From NCBI GenBank assembly GCA_052426225.1, contig JBNJNM010000021.1, positions 1,798,001-1,862,000 of the forward strand: DNA of 64,000 nt. The letters run 5' to 3'. Below the pieces are notes generated by a model that was given only the letters and a program-made list of their open reading frames with translations, searched no databases and had not been told where the DNA came from. The stretch's first letter is position 1; each line of letters begins with the position of its first letter. Position numbers and translations under genes: made by a program. The DNA comes from Zancudomyces culisetae HAW-14-8 (taxonomy: Eukaryota > Fungi > Kickxellomycota). Shown here piece after piece: positions 1 to 14,912 of the stretch.

Positions 1-1509
1 GGGTGAGACAATAAGAGATTCCAAATGAGAATACATAGCCTCTGCGTGGCTAGATTCAATTTCTTCATAATCATAGCGTGTAAAGTAATTGCGACCATAT
101 TTCAGATAGAATCTGTTCATAATTGCACGGATGCTGCATGGCAAATTGAGCTTCAAATCAACATAGGCAATTATGTTCAACCAGGCTACAATAGCCCAAA
201 GGCCATCCTTCTCTCTGATGTGGTCTGATCCCGTTCCAAATGACTCCTCACCACAAATTGACAAGCGACCAGCATCCATAAGATTACCAAAGAACTTCCA
301 ACCTGTAGGAACCTCAAACATTTCTACATTTAATTTCTTGGCTACACGATCTATAGCTCCAGAGGTTGGCATTGAGCGAGCCAGACCTTTAACACCTGTC
401 TTTTTGAAGTATGGAATAGCTTGGGCTGCATACTCTGCAATGACAGCAACGGAATCTGACGGAGTGACGAACCAGTCTTTGCTGATAATCATATTTCTAT
501 CACCATCACCATCAGAAGCAGCACCTAGATCAACCCCCATCTTGTTAACGCTATCGACCAGCTTATGGGCGTAGGTCAGATTTGGGTCTGGGTGTTCGCC
601 GCCAAAATCTACAAGAGGTACGCATTGAATTGTAGAGGTTTCAGGGAGTCCCAACTTTTCGGTAAATATTTTCTTTCCATATGGACCTGTTACACCATTT
701 AGTGCGTCAAATAGAATCTTGAAGTCGGGGTTTTTGGAGAGGAATGCTTTAATCAAATCAAAGTCAAATATCGTCTCGAGCATTGAAACGTAGTCTGCCG
801 CCGAGTCAATTATTTCCACCTCGGTTTCTCCGTACTTCCTTATCCCAACAGTGTCCAGATCGATCTCACCAAACTGAATTTCCTTATACTCTGTTATTTC
901 GGTGGTTGCTTTGTAGATTGCGTTGGTAACGCTCTCTGGTGCTGGTCCTATTCAAGTGTACAGTAAAAGCTCAGTGTAAGTACTGTTTTTTTTTAATTAA
1001 AATGAAAATAAATAAATAAATAAAAAACTGTATTCATGGAAAGACGCGCGCATAAAGAATGTCACGTAGGTGATACTAGAACTACAAGGCTTACCTCCGT
1101 TTGATACATTATACTTGATACCAAAATCGTTCTCTGGACCACCTGGGTTGTGTGAAGCTGTGAGTAGAATTCCTCCTGTGGCTTTCCTAGTTCTAATCAC
1201 ATTAGATGCAGCTGGTGTAGAGAATATCCCCCCTTGGCCGATAATAAACTTTTTCACTCCGTTTGCAGCTCCGATTCTGACAATTGTTTGAACAGTTTCT
1301 CTCATGAAGTATCTTCCATCACCACCAACCACCATAACTATGTCCTGGGTATTTGATTCATCTAGAACGGTGGAAAAAGTTGCTTGCACAAAGTTTTCGG
1401 TGTAGTTTGGCTGCTGAAAGACCTTTACCTTCTTACGAAGTCCAGAAGTACCAGGCTTTTGACCTGCGAAGGGGGTTGTAGGTACTGTTTTAACGTTGAA
1501 ATCGGGCAT
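1..1509 (-). CDS. PGM: Phosphoglucomutase (5' part; runs off the window). Exons 1509-1095 and 947-<1
   Basis: GQKPGTSGLRKK and catalytic TASHNPGG motifs. Intron GTAAG...TAG (1094-948) restores NGGPAPES. Exon 2 contains HPDPNL, DGDGDR, FEVPTGWKFF and CGEESFGTGSDH. Confidence 0.96.
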
Positions 1510-3219
1510 TCCTGTTTGCTGTGCTATGTTTTATCTTTGATGTATTGCTTTCTTTATTTTTTTTGAAAGGTGCTGAGGAATACTCGGTATTTTTATATAC
1601 GTTTGTTTGCTATATATCCGGCTCAAACTATTTTCAAACAAAATCAACAATTTTTTTTTTGCTGAGGATGCGAGATGTTTTATTTTATAACGTTTTGAAT
1701 TTTTTTGCAAACAAAAGCTAAATTAGAGTCAGATTAGACTGCCTATTTTGCCAATTTGCTTTGCAACCTTATGTGCATTAAGCTCATTATCAATTCCATA
1801 AGATTAATGAAATATGCGAATATTTATTCGATGAGCTTCGAGTGTTTACAATAATTCTTATACGTCAATCAATTTGGCAACTAAAAAACCATTGTAGCCA
1901 TTGGTTTGAACCAGAAAAAGTGAATGTTTTTATTTGGAAATGTTGTTTTAAGGTCGCAATTTGAGTAATGGCATTTTTGTTTTGGTCGCTCAATTCTGCT
2001 TTTTTGTTTTTGATTGCTTGATAATAACAAACCCATAGAAAAAGGTGGTATCTAGATGAGAAACAAAATAGTTCGTTTTTATTTTTTGCAATAATCTGTG
2101 TAGATTAATATATTCTGCAAATGGGAGGCAGGCAATTGAATAGCTGATAATGCCTGACATTTGAATTACCAACAATAGACACTCTCATCAAGTATTTTGC
2201 GTAGATACCCTTGGCCGGAAAATATGGTTTAACTTTCCCCTCCCCCATAGTAGGAATCACGGCAATAAATATCTTGATGATAACCATCATTCTTATCGAT
2301 AAGAAAAAAAGCTGCAATGTTTTGAGAGAGAAGTGACGTACTTTTGGTGCTTGGTATTGACATGAGCAGACCTGCATATCCAATATATTGTGGTATTATA
2401 GGAAAGAGTGTCAAAAGCAACAATTCTTACACCTTGCTTTGTGCCAACACTATTAAAAAGGGTTGTATTTTAAAGAATTGCCTATCTATTGACAAATCGT
2501 GTTGAGTGGCACCACTTAGTATCAACCAACAAAGACCTCAACTAAAACAAGCACAGTATAAATCTAAGGACTATTTTTTTACCACCAGTGTACTGAAAGT
2601 TCTAAGCCTTGATAATCCCAAAAAAATGGTTCATTTTGCTGGTAATTCGATGAGCACATATTCTACAAACATATCTGGAACAATATATACAAATCAATAC
2701 AATGTATAAATATACCTATGCTTTCAAAAATTAGAAAGAGTATTAATAACTACTAATAATTATTAAAATACGATGCAAAGAATTGGGTTAACAACAACAA
2801 AAGCCTCTAGAAATGTTAGGGTCTTCTCAAATACTCCAACAATAAATAAAAAATTACAAGTTTAGCATCTTGACCTTCAGTCTGCTATAGCAAGCAACTG
2901 CACAGCAAAATTGTTCAGAATTATGGGCATATACACGACCAGTCGATATACCTGGCTAAAAGCCAGCTTACATTTTCTATCTCTTGCTATGTTTTATGAA
3001 ATAAATTAAATTAACAAATATTTTTTATAAAAAATTATTATTCGAATAATATTAAAGATAATCTCGTTTTAACGCGAACCATTCTGTTTACAATTTGAAA
3101 AAAATGAAATAAAAAGTGAAAAATAAACAAAAGAAAAAAATCTAACGATATAGAGTACAAATATAATTAGTAAAAAATAAAAAAAAGATATATTAGCGAA
3201 ACGAAGCAACAAATCAAAA

Positions 3220-4771
<1,552 letters not shown>

Positions 4772-5111
4772 CTATAGCGTAAAATGCAGAGGGGCTACAA
4801 TATTTCCAGTTGATTGTGCGCTTGATGTGATGTTCTTTTGCTGCCAAAACAAAGAAGAAATTAGAAAGGGTAGATCTCTAGTGTGTTTTTGACCTTTTTG
4901 TTTATTATGTCTTATTACTAATTTTATTTTATCATTGTTTGAATTATAAATCAGATGCTTCCCATTAAACCTTGTCAAAGCTACTGCTTTTGCATGTATC
5001 TTAGCTGTTCAATATTAAAAAAAAATTATAGTGCGTGGTTGATCTGATTTCATTTTTATCAAATACATTTTTTTTTCAGCTCTGTTTTATTAGGAGCTAG
5101 TTGTGAACAAG

Positions 5112-5878
5112 TTAAAAGAAAAACGCTAGCTCTAAGGATACCATCACCAACAAGCTGAAATACAAAACACAGTGTGGTGGTAAAGCGACAGCCGCGTTTG
5201 GGTTATAGTTTTTTGGAACTCCCTCGTTGGTCTGCTCATACCTCGAGTTGTAAAATGCTATTGGTAGTGTAAACTTTTGCATTCGCCCGGCTGGGGGTGC
5301 ATCACTATTAGAAAAGCCCAAATCACCATCGTACATGTGTAGAAAGTACCCTTTGCCCTCTTGAAGCCCAAAGTCTGAAGGTTTGATATGCGCCAGATCC
5401 CATTCAAAGGAGAAAAGGTTGTTCCGAGACTTTACCTCAGTTGTGACGTTTTGAGCGATATCAAACATGAGTGCTGGTGATCTTTCACCTTGAAATTGGT
5501 TTTTGTTTTGTTTGGGAAGCTGAAGACGAAATGAATATTTTTTTGGTGGCCGGGCTAGGTTTTCATCATAGGTCCACTCCAGGTTAAGTTTACTTCCAGT
5601 GGCCACCATTGGTGTTTGTACATACTTGGGTGGCGTTTTTATTACAACTCGTCCTGGTATACCTAGCTCGTCGTCTTGGTCCTGGTCATCTTCGTTCCCT
5701 TCTTTGTCCGCTTCTTCGTCTTCTTCTTTTTCTATATTCGGTTTGTGCCTTTCGCCCACATTTTCCCTATCAGGACTATCTTCACTGTTATGTGCATCGG
5801 TATTGGCATCACCTGCATTTTGATTTCCATTATTCTCACCAAAAGGCTTTTTATTATCGGCTGCACCTGTTGTGTTAT
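5112..5878 (-). CDS. Last exon of a secreted, putatively GPI-anchored protein (acidic linker, beta-rich domain, hydrophobic C-terminus; DUF7137-like). Upstream exons uncertain, possibly to the ATG at 6916
   Basis: Open frame from a TAG acceptor near 5879. GRVVIKTP...LEWTYD domain and C-terminal NAAVAL plus hydrophobic tail. A signal-peptide-like ORF starts at 6916 (MFRLKMLVLIYFILAQNVNS), with candidate small exons near 6068-5990 and 6380-6350. Confidence 0.55.
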
Positions 5879-8800
5879 CTAGGTTATTAAGTCGAGTTGG
5901 TTAATTTTGTACAATAGCTGTCTAACTGTATAAAAATAATGCATCAAGCCGAATATATGACATCAGTCAAGAATATGCATCTAAAAACCAGTGGATGATG
6001 AGGAGTTGCCACTTTCGTCATCATTAATTGCTGGGTCTGGGATTTCTTTTTTTTGGGGGGGAGATATCTATGAGTTGATGTCATTCTCATAGTGTTATAC
6101 TTTTTAGAGTCAGCTCACAAGTATAATATCTTTCGGGAAAAATGATGAAATGACCATGGTTACCAAAAGTAAAAAGATTATAAAAATACACGTTCATGTA
6201 ATCTAAACACAATCTATTATTTGGTTAATTTGTGTCACCTTTATACTTTGATATCTTTATTGAATTATTGTTTAACACCATATCACTAATGTTACGCGCA
6301 CCTGATAACATCCCCATGCTGGGTGGTAGTGTTTCTCCGCCTAACCCTTTTACATCTGAGGTATTTGCCGCAGCATCTATGAATATCACAAATTATGATT
6401 ATTGTTTCCCATTGCTTCATTTTACTCAAAGATGGATCAAAATAATCATAAAATCAAACCAGTGTTGTTTGTAAGAAATCGCTTCAATTTTAATACTTGA
6501 TTCTCCCTTTTTTTTACGAAGAACCCATAATTCTGTTCACATAACGATGTCAATTGTAACATTACTGCAACAATAATATATATGTACAATATTAAGAGCC
6601 AACAACTTTTTCGATGAATTTTTTTAGATGAATGCATGATAAAATCAACGTTCATCGTTATTTCTTTTAGACTCGGATAAACACTACTCAACGTTTTGAG
6701 TAGGTAATGTTTATGTTCAAACTGATAAATATGATAAATATAATAAGGAGGTTGCCAGTATTTCTTAAAGTTAATGGTTGTTGAAATCTTTGGGTTTGTT
6801 AAGTGTAAATAAGAGTACCAACCTGAAGTTCTCGATATGGGTTGCTCATTTATCTCTGAATTTACGTTTTGCGCCAGTATAAAGTAAATTAATACAAGCA
6901 TCTTGAGCCTAAACATAATTTTTTCTGTGTTTTCGGTTTTTTTGTTTTGATTTTGCGTTTATACTCGAAAATATTTTATGTATTCAAAAAAGTTGAGTGG
7001 AGAGAGGAAACGGTAGGTGTAATATACAGAGCACAAACCAATGTGACTCTCTATATAAAAGACTATATAACTTATACTGGGCGTATACTTGTGCTATATG
7101 CTCGCACAACCTATTATGAATAGAGATATTATGTTCTACTTTCTCGTATTATTTAAATGTATTCCATCAGTTTTTACACAGAAAGTGATAATACTTGACT
7201 TTTGTTATAATAGTACTATAGTAGGTGTGCACTCTTTCTCCTGTTATCTTCACTCCCCACTCCTCCACTTTACTATCACTATAATAATACTGCTCATTAT
7301 CACCATTTACCCACCTGCGTCTGTGAGTATTAAGGCAAAATTATCCCTAGAATTGAAAATGTGAACAATTTTTATATTAGCCCGAAGGCCAGTAATGCAC
7401 TTTTACCCATTTTCCATTGTTACTGTACTTCAATGTAATCTTTGGAGGCAGCCTGGTGAATGCCAGTTCCCAAAATTAATTAGTAATTAAAAACTCCGCT
7501 AGCGAAAATTAACTCATTTGGACAGTATGTAGCTGCCCACTGGTTTAGATAAAGTTGTTATGCATGTTGTATAAATCTATACAATTACAAAAGCTCCTAC
7601 ATGTAGCCATATAGATAAGTGATCTGCGTATCTGTGTGTGTTAGTGTTTATGCTTGAACAAATTCTTATATTGACTAGCACTGTTACTGATGCCACAGTA
7701 TAGCATAAAAAACTAAACAGGTTTGCCCGGCTATTTTTCGTGGTGCTGCTCTAATGCTGAATGGCATTCGAATCAAGTGTTTCCATTGGACTTTTTATCA
7801 TTTCCAATGCTCGGATTCCTTTGATTTTCACTGTTTACGTAAAAAGCGATTGCAATAATTGTGCGACAAGTCAATGTTTCAAATTTCAAATTTTTTGCTA
7901 ATAGCCATTATCATTTTTAGAGTGGAGGTTGAAATGTTGGGGACGTCGGTGGTAGATTGTAGCTAACATTAATCAAAAAAGTTCTCATAATAAATGTAAG
8001 GGAAGATAAAAAAAATTAAAACATATCGACGATTTTGCGTTCATTGGGGGTCAGCCTCTGCTTTCGGTTATATAATTATCCTTAATTTTATAGAATTTTT
8101 AATTATGTAGTTTAGCGGATTTGATCAATAAAAGCGCGTCGTATTGTTTAGTAATAATGAAGACAATATAACAGCTATAAATTAACAGAAAGTACGAAAT
8201 AGAAAGCTACCAAAAACAAAAAACAGCAAATGGCGCCTGAAAGGCCATAGAATTTTTAGCGGATATGTTGAAAAGTCTCAGAAAATAAATACATGAACAG
8301 TTAATTATAGATTGAAAATCTAAAAAAGCGTATATTCATAGATACAAACTATAGCTGCACCTATTCCCCATCGAATTACCAGAAAACTAGGACCTATTGC
8401 AGGATTCTTGTTTGAGTTTGTCTAAAAATAATTCTGCTTGGCTCATTTGCAACAAGCTGTACAGGTCTGGCTATTCATTATGAAACGAAAAAAAGTGGGT
8501 TGTGGATAGAACAAAACTATTGCAAATGTAAATGCCATAGTGCTATGTGTTTTGTCAGCCATTTATCGGTTAGTGTAACATTTCTAGTTCAAACTTTGGT
8601 TTCAAAATTGTCATGAGACCACTCATTTAAAAGGATGCATTAATTTTATTATCCTTGGGAATAATACAATACACATAGCTCGGAGGGTTTATTGCTACTA
8701 CCCATCGTTTTGTTTTGTGACCATTTTCGTTTTATTTTCATTAGTATTATTGATGCCGATTTCATATAAAAGCAGAAAAGGGCATCCCCTGAACGATGTT

Positions 8801-9357
8801 GTAAGTACAATCAAAAAGAATAAGAGAGTTTAAAACCATTTTTAACAAACAGCTCATAATTTAACATAACAAAAAAGGATCATTGAGAATAAAAAAGGAC
8901 ATATCATAATCATAATCATACACTACACATAAAAACACACATAAAATACACATACTCACTGAATATCGAAGCTGTGGCAGATACAATAAAATGTGCAGAA
9001 TAAACATTTCCGAAAATCATGCATCCATACCTGAAGGTGTAACAGAATGTACGTTTACTGATGCTACATTACCAAATAATATTGTTTATGAACAACATCA
9101 CTCGATTAAAAGTGATTCAAGTAATGCCTACACAAACTACTGGGTGTATTGGCTCAAGAACAAATAGGGAAATAAGAAAAAAAATAACAACATATTTTGA
9201 ATATACACAAATAGCCGAAGATATAACTTTCGAGTCTGCTACACTAATGCAATCAAAAGAGAACATCCACAATCAACAGCATAAAATACAAAAAAGTGAG
9301 CAATCATAATAGCGCATCCTACACTTACCATATTAGGCATTCTCATTTATATTATGT

Positions 9358-10532
9358 ATGTATATGCATATAGAAAAGCATTCAATATTTACCAAAGCAA
9401 AAAATGTACTATACTACATTGCTGTGTTGTTTTTGGTAATAAGGCTCACAATGTTTGGAATTGACCACCTGGATGTTCATCCCACTAAGCAATTATCCAA
9501 GGTATGTGTATTTTATCCAAGTAAATTTCATTTGCTAAAAAAATAAAAAGTTTTGTATTTTTATAACCTCTCAACATGCTTTGTTAATTAGGACAAACAT
9601 ACCCCAAAGAAACAGAAGATTTTGGAAAGGGTAAAGGCAACTGCAAAGTTTCCTACAGCACAAGTTAAGAGAATCATAATCTTTAGCGAGTTGTGGATAG
9701 ATGTCGATGTTACATTTGGATTTGATAGATTAGAGAGAGATAACATTAAAGTCATCTCAGGAATATATCAAAATCCAGACAGTCCAAATAAGGTCAAATC
9801 AAATTTTACGGTAACAGGCATGGATGGAGTCACTTTAAACTTGTTACTAGAGAATCAGAGCGAAAAGCTTGGGGATGCTAGTGCAAAGGCCGTAGTAGAT
9901 GTCAAAGTTCCAAGAGGATATAGCGATCTGGAGACTTTGCTTATATACACAAAGCAAGGAAGTTTCAAGTATGACGAAACATCATTAAATAGGCTCCCAT
10001 ATGTCACCAACCTACATTACGAATCTTCACTTGGAAAGCTCAAAAGCAAGGTAAGTTTTATTAATAATCCGTTTAGAAGAAACGATTTGAATACAGCCAA
10101 TGGTAAAGTGTAATTTTGTTATTTTACTATACTTTTACATAGCTTGTCAAAGCAAGTACTGCAATAATCAAAACAAAAGCAAACAGCATTGATACAGCAT
10201 TCTACGTTGAAAAGGGAGTGACTCTGCAAACATACGATGCCAGTATAACAAGCAGGATATTTTTACAGAACGCTGATAATTCGTACGTGGATGTAAGAGC
10301 GAAAAACGGAAGCATTGATGTTAGCATGCTTAGCAAGTATTCAGGTCTTATTGGTCTCAGGGCATTCAAAGGAAGCACTAGAATTGTAGACCGTGGAACA
10401 AATATGAATTTTGAGCTGAATGAGGCAAAAACACGAGGTTATGTATTTAACACTAACCTTAACCCAAAACAAACCAACTCTAGTATAGTTTTAGAGAACA
10501 ATGAAGGTCCAATATCACTTCAGTTTTCCTAA
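9358..10532 (+). CDS. Membrane-anchored beta-strand-repeat protein (DUF4097/adhesin-like). Exons ?-9501, 9592-10050, 10143-10532; true start uncertain (perhaps 8991)
   Basis: TM helix (VLYYIAVLFLVIRLTMF). GTATGT and GTAAGT introns join in frame. Repeats such as TKQGS, SSLGK, AKNGSI, FKGS and NNEGPISL. Confidence 0.55.
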
Positions 10533-11674
10533 AAAAGGCTAATTGTCTTGGTTTTTGTTGTTGATTCTTTTATTGTTTTTTTTTTTTATTTTGCATCTTA
10601 TCAAATTCTCTATGTTATGTGGATGTTGCTAATAGTAGCAACCAGGAAAATAAATAAAGAGATAAAGAAGGTGAGTCGCTTGGTAGATATGTTATTAAAT
10701 ATACAAAACTGATAGAAAATAACTATTCATCTGGTTATTCAGTATTAGGGGCGCAATTTAAGTTTTTTATGTAGGTGTGATGGTGTTCTTTTACATAATC
10801 ATCCGGCGGCCTTTCTAGTATTATTAAAGTATACTTTGTGTTTATAACATCTTCCGATACGGACATGATCTTCATCATGAGGTGTATAGTGTAATGACCT
10901 CTAAGTTGATTCAACATCACCTCTACACCAAGATTGCAATTTCACTACCTCTTGCTCTTGGCTGGTGGTTAAAACAGGGAGAGGAAGTACGATAATATAG
11001 ATAAAATTTTCACTTTTCATTTTTCAATTGTTGCTTTGACATGGTTGCTTGCGACAGCGCAATAGTTTCAGAGAGTTGATAAAGTAAACCTCATAGCACT
11101 CAAGTATTCGAAACAGAAAACACAATTTCTTGATGAATCTAAAGCAGCCGCGTGTTGATAGCTTGGTCATGTAAATAGATGTTATTCAAACAGTTAGTTA
11201 CATTACCAATACTGATGTTATTGCTATTATAATTTATTATTTTCACCGCGACAGTTCGAGTTACCACCTCTCCCTCCCAACAATGTGTATAGCTGAGCAT
11301 TGCACATTTTGATGGGCCGAGTGTGAACAGGTTGAAATATACAAATATTGTTCAAGCTTTGACATGGGATTGATGGACGAATTATCACTATTTGAATCAT
11401 CCAATTGAAAAAGGCGTAAAATATTTGACCAAAACTATGCGCTTTTACTAATACAGGCTGTTGGTTGGCCAGAAATATTCGCAATTCTTCATAATGAGCT
11501 AATTAAATTGTTATCAATGGTTCCATGATTAGCAATTCGAGAATCAAAATAGAAAACCCCGTGAAAAGGGAGGTTTAAGAGATAGAATCAAGCATACAAT
11601 TATTCTGGTTTTCTGTAAACAAAAGCGTAAAAAAGAACTACTGGGTTGTGTATTTTTGCGTAAATGAAGGTGCG

Positions 11675-12895
11675 ATGGAGGAAATTTCATTAGAAAGAAT
11701 ATTCGAGTATGACAATGAGAAGGTACAGCGAATCCAAAAGGATTTGGAAAATCAATTGGATATTTTGAAACATCTTCCCAAAAAGCAGACAGCCCGGCGG
11801 TTCGGAGGAAATGCTGGTGACATAGAAGGAAGGACAATAGAACAGGGAATGGGGCTTGAACATCGAAAACACAACTTTGGACAAAAAAACATGCCTCTCG
11901 CTGGTCGTAGTGGCTTGAAAGGTAATAGCTTATTTATAGTTTAGATCAGAATGCAAATTGCTTTAAAGTTCATATTCAAGGTATGGCATATTAGCTCGCA
12001 TAGATGGGTGAAAAAGCATAAAGAATGTATACATATTTTTGAAATTTCTCTATAGACAACGAATCGGAGCTGGACTGTGCGATCTGTGGAAGAAAAATTC
12101 AAGCAGATATAGATTTTAGCAGCATGGAACAATGTGCCGTGACATACGTCTGCGAAAGCTGCGAGCTGAAGATGAATGCAAAGAGCCCCCCACAGTCTGC
12201 AAAATTTCAAGTTGACCAGGATGTGAGGCTATCTACCAGACATAGAGAGCACGATGATGGTGATCTTATTGGTCTAAAGAGCGGTGTAGACTCCAAGGAG
12301 AACAAACTTTTATGTCACGATTGCAAAAAACCCCTAGGAAAGGTAATTTAAATTATACATTTATTGAACTCTGGAGATATCTTTCCAATGGGTACCAAAG
12401 TTATACTTGGAAAGGGAGTATTTTAATACTCATATAGTAAACCATAAAAACAATAAAAATGAACACTAGGCATATCTAAATATACAAGGCAAACGATATC
12501 ATCTGCAGCATTTTGTATGCAATGACTGTCGTTTACCTTTATATGCGCTGGGAGGGTATTTTCGGGAGCCAAACGGGAAAAACAAGTATTATTGCCAACG
12601 AGATTATCTACAGAGATTTTCACCATACTGCCACCGGTGTAACCTACCAATAACGATAGGAGAAATGGTAGTTTCGCTCGGGCAAAAATACCATTCGGAA
12701 TGTTTTGTATGCAATGAGTGTGGTTGCAGGCTTGAAAACGGAAAGTGCTATGAGCATGATGGAGACCCACTTTGTGAACGACACTGGCATAGCAAGAATG
12801 GAACAATCTGTGGAGATTGTGGCGAGATAATTAAAGGAAAATGCATCGCCTTTGAAGGCGCAAAGTACCATCCCGATTGTTTTTATATGGAATAA
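11675..12895 (+). CDS. LIM-domain (paxillin-like) protein. Exons 11675-11921, 12056-12342, 12470-12895
   Basis: Two full LIM domains (CHDC...YHLQHFVCNDC...CQRD; CHRC...YHSECFVCNEC...CERH), a terminal half-LIM (CGDC...YHPDC) and an N-terminal CxxC/CxxC finger. Confidence 0.85.
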
Positions 12896-12898
12896 AAC

Positions 12899-14392
12899 TC
12901 AGTTTGTAGATGATATTTCGGCTGGAGCCAATTGGAATTTGGCCTGCACGAATATTCGGTCCACTTTCACATTGCGTTTGACGTTTGACGTTTCTTTGAA
13001 TACGTAGCGGTTTTCCTTTTCTACGAGTTTTCCAAAATCTACAAACAGGGCACGCAGTCTTTCCACAGAGAAGTAATATGACATCGTACCATCTTGGCGG
13101 ACGTACAAGTTCTCTTCCAACCTGTGACCCGGCTTGAATCTTAGCTGAGCTTCGTCGTATAGCCCATAATCTCTGAATATTATTATTCCACCAGGCTTTA
13201 GCACCTTTTATGTAAATTTAAATATGATATATAGGTTAGTAATTCTTTTTATCTCAATTTCGACTCTTTATAGTAGACAACATAAAATAATACAGTACGC
13301 AGTTGTAGTGCACATTAAAGTGTTTTCTTTAACACAGTTAAATTCGTTTAAATTCTCGCTTCTATCTTGTGGGTGGACTTTTGGCCTAAACCACAGCTAA
13401 CTGTACTAGCACCGTTCAAACTTACTTTTAAAAGATTTTCTACAGCAAATTGCATCTTTTCTGGAGCCAATGCCGAAAACACAAAGATCAGAGAAATGAT
13501 ATCGATTGATTGGGGCGGAATGTTGTCCAACAGATCATCTTTTGTGATGTCACATACAAAGGCCTTGCATCTTTCTTCAGTATAGGATTTGTGCTCCTAG
13601 TGAAATATGCCAAAATATAATTTTTTTAGGATTTCTATACGCGTATTGATTATGGTTTTTGCCATTTGAGGTTGAATTGTAAATAAATACAGAGGTAAAG
13701 CATGATAATTGTATAGTAGAATAAAACGCTGAGTTCCAACTTTTCAAGTACCTTTACAAACTGAACAGCGCGAGGAGAAAAATCGCAGCAATAAACCTTT
13801 AGTTTTGGATTCTTTTCCAACAGTGGCCATATGAAATTCCCAACACCACAGCCAACTTCAAAGATGTGTGTCTATTTTTACATTGTAGATGAGTTGGTAG
13901 GATTTACTTGTGCAACAAAAGTATATTAAACTGATCTATGATCAAAAATCATCGATAGCTGCAAACAAAAGATGTTATGAGAAGAGAATAATATAGTCTA
14001 GATAAATTCTTACCTCTTCCCCAGGATTAGAATTTTCACTTTCTTCGGCCCTTAGTTCCTCGAATTCTCGATCAGTCCAATGGCGATCTTTATAAAAGTT
14101 TGTTGTGTTTCTTTTGTAGAAGAGATCCCTAATTTTACACAGACCTTATGTCTTAGTTGCTGCAGGACCTTCTTTTTTTTCTTATGATAAAAAAAGCTAC
14201 AGCAGGAATTTATCAAAAATCGGAAAACAAAAAGAAGGCATGCAAAATGCTAGTAATCCATTAGTTTACTCACCAATTCCTTTTAGCCTCGGTTTTGTAT
14301 TTGTTGACCCAAAATTCCGGGACAACAACAGTATCTTTCTGTAGCACTTCTTTTGCGTGTGCTTCTCTGGCAGCTATCTGTTCTTTTGACAT
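12899..14392 (-). CDS. METTL6: tRNA N3-methylcytidine methyltransferase, METTL6/Trm140 family (5 exons)
   Basis: Spliced translation gives NWDLFYKRNTTNFYKDRHWTDREFEEL, EVGCGVGN, CDFSPRAV, IFVFSA, LKPGG...FRDYGLYD.AQLRF and YVRQDGT. Confidence 0.9.
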
Positions 14393-14912
14393 TGGATATA
14401 AGTAATAATGTGTTACTGTTACTGTTATTGTTGTTGTCTTTGAAAGTTGTTTGGTATGCCTTGATGTCTTGCTATACTTTGGCAGTTCCTACTAATGATT
14501 GATTGATCGATATGTTTTACAATTCGCTTTATAAATTGTTCTAAAGTACAAAACTTGCAACTATCTAGACGTGCGAATATTTATTAACGATCAGGCTCTC
14601 CACACGAAATCTTGAAATATACTGACAGGGTAGCTCCTACTTGTTAACAAAGCAAAAAAAGGACTCAGAAAAATAAAAAGCAAAAGTCGAAAAATTTTAT
14701 TTCTTTTTTTTTTGGTGAAATCCAAGATCTTTATTTTTATTGGCGAATAGATTTTGTCTTTGGTTGGAACGATTTTTACAATTAAAAACCTTGAACAGAA
14801 ATCTACAAAAAAATTTTAGTAACATTTGGTTTTAATACTTTCTATTACAAGTCGGAAGATTCCTCTTTTTATTTTTTGACAATTGCCAGACCAAGCGATA
14901 AATATTGTAAAG

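Noticed and set aside
1990-2709. Short overlapping ORFs between PGM and HAT2
   Set aside because: No motif or consistent exon structure; could be a decayed gene but cannot be supported.
10735-11490. Minus-strand ORFs and a possible C/D-box pair (TGATGA near 11131, CTGA near 11212)
   Set aside because: No terminal stem or recognisable rRNA guide, and no protein motif.
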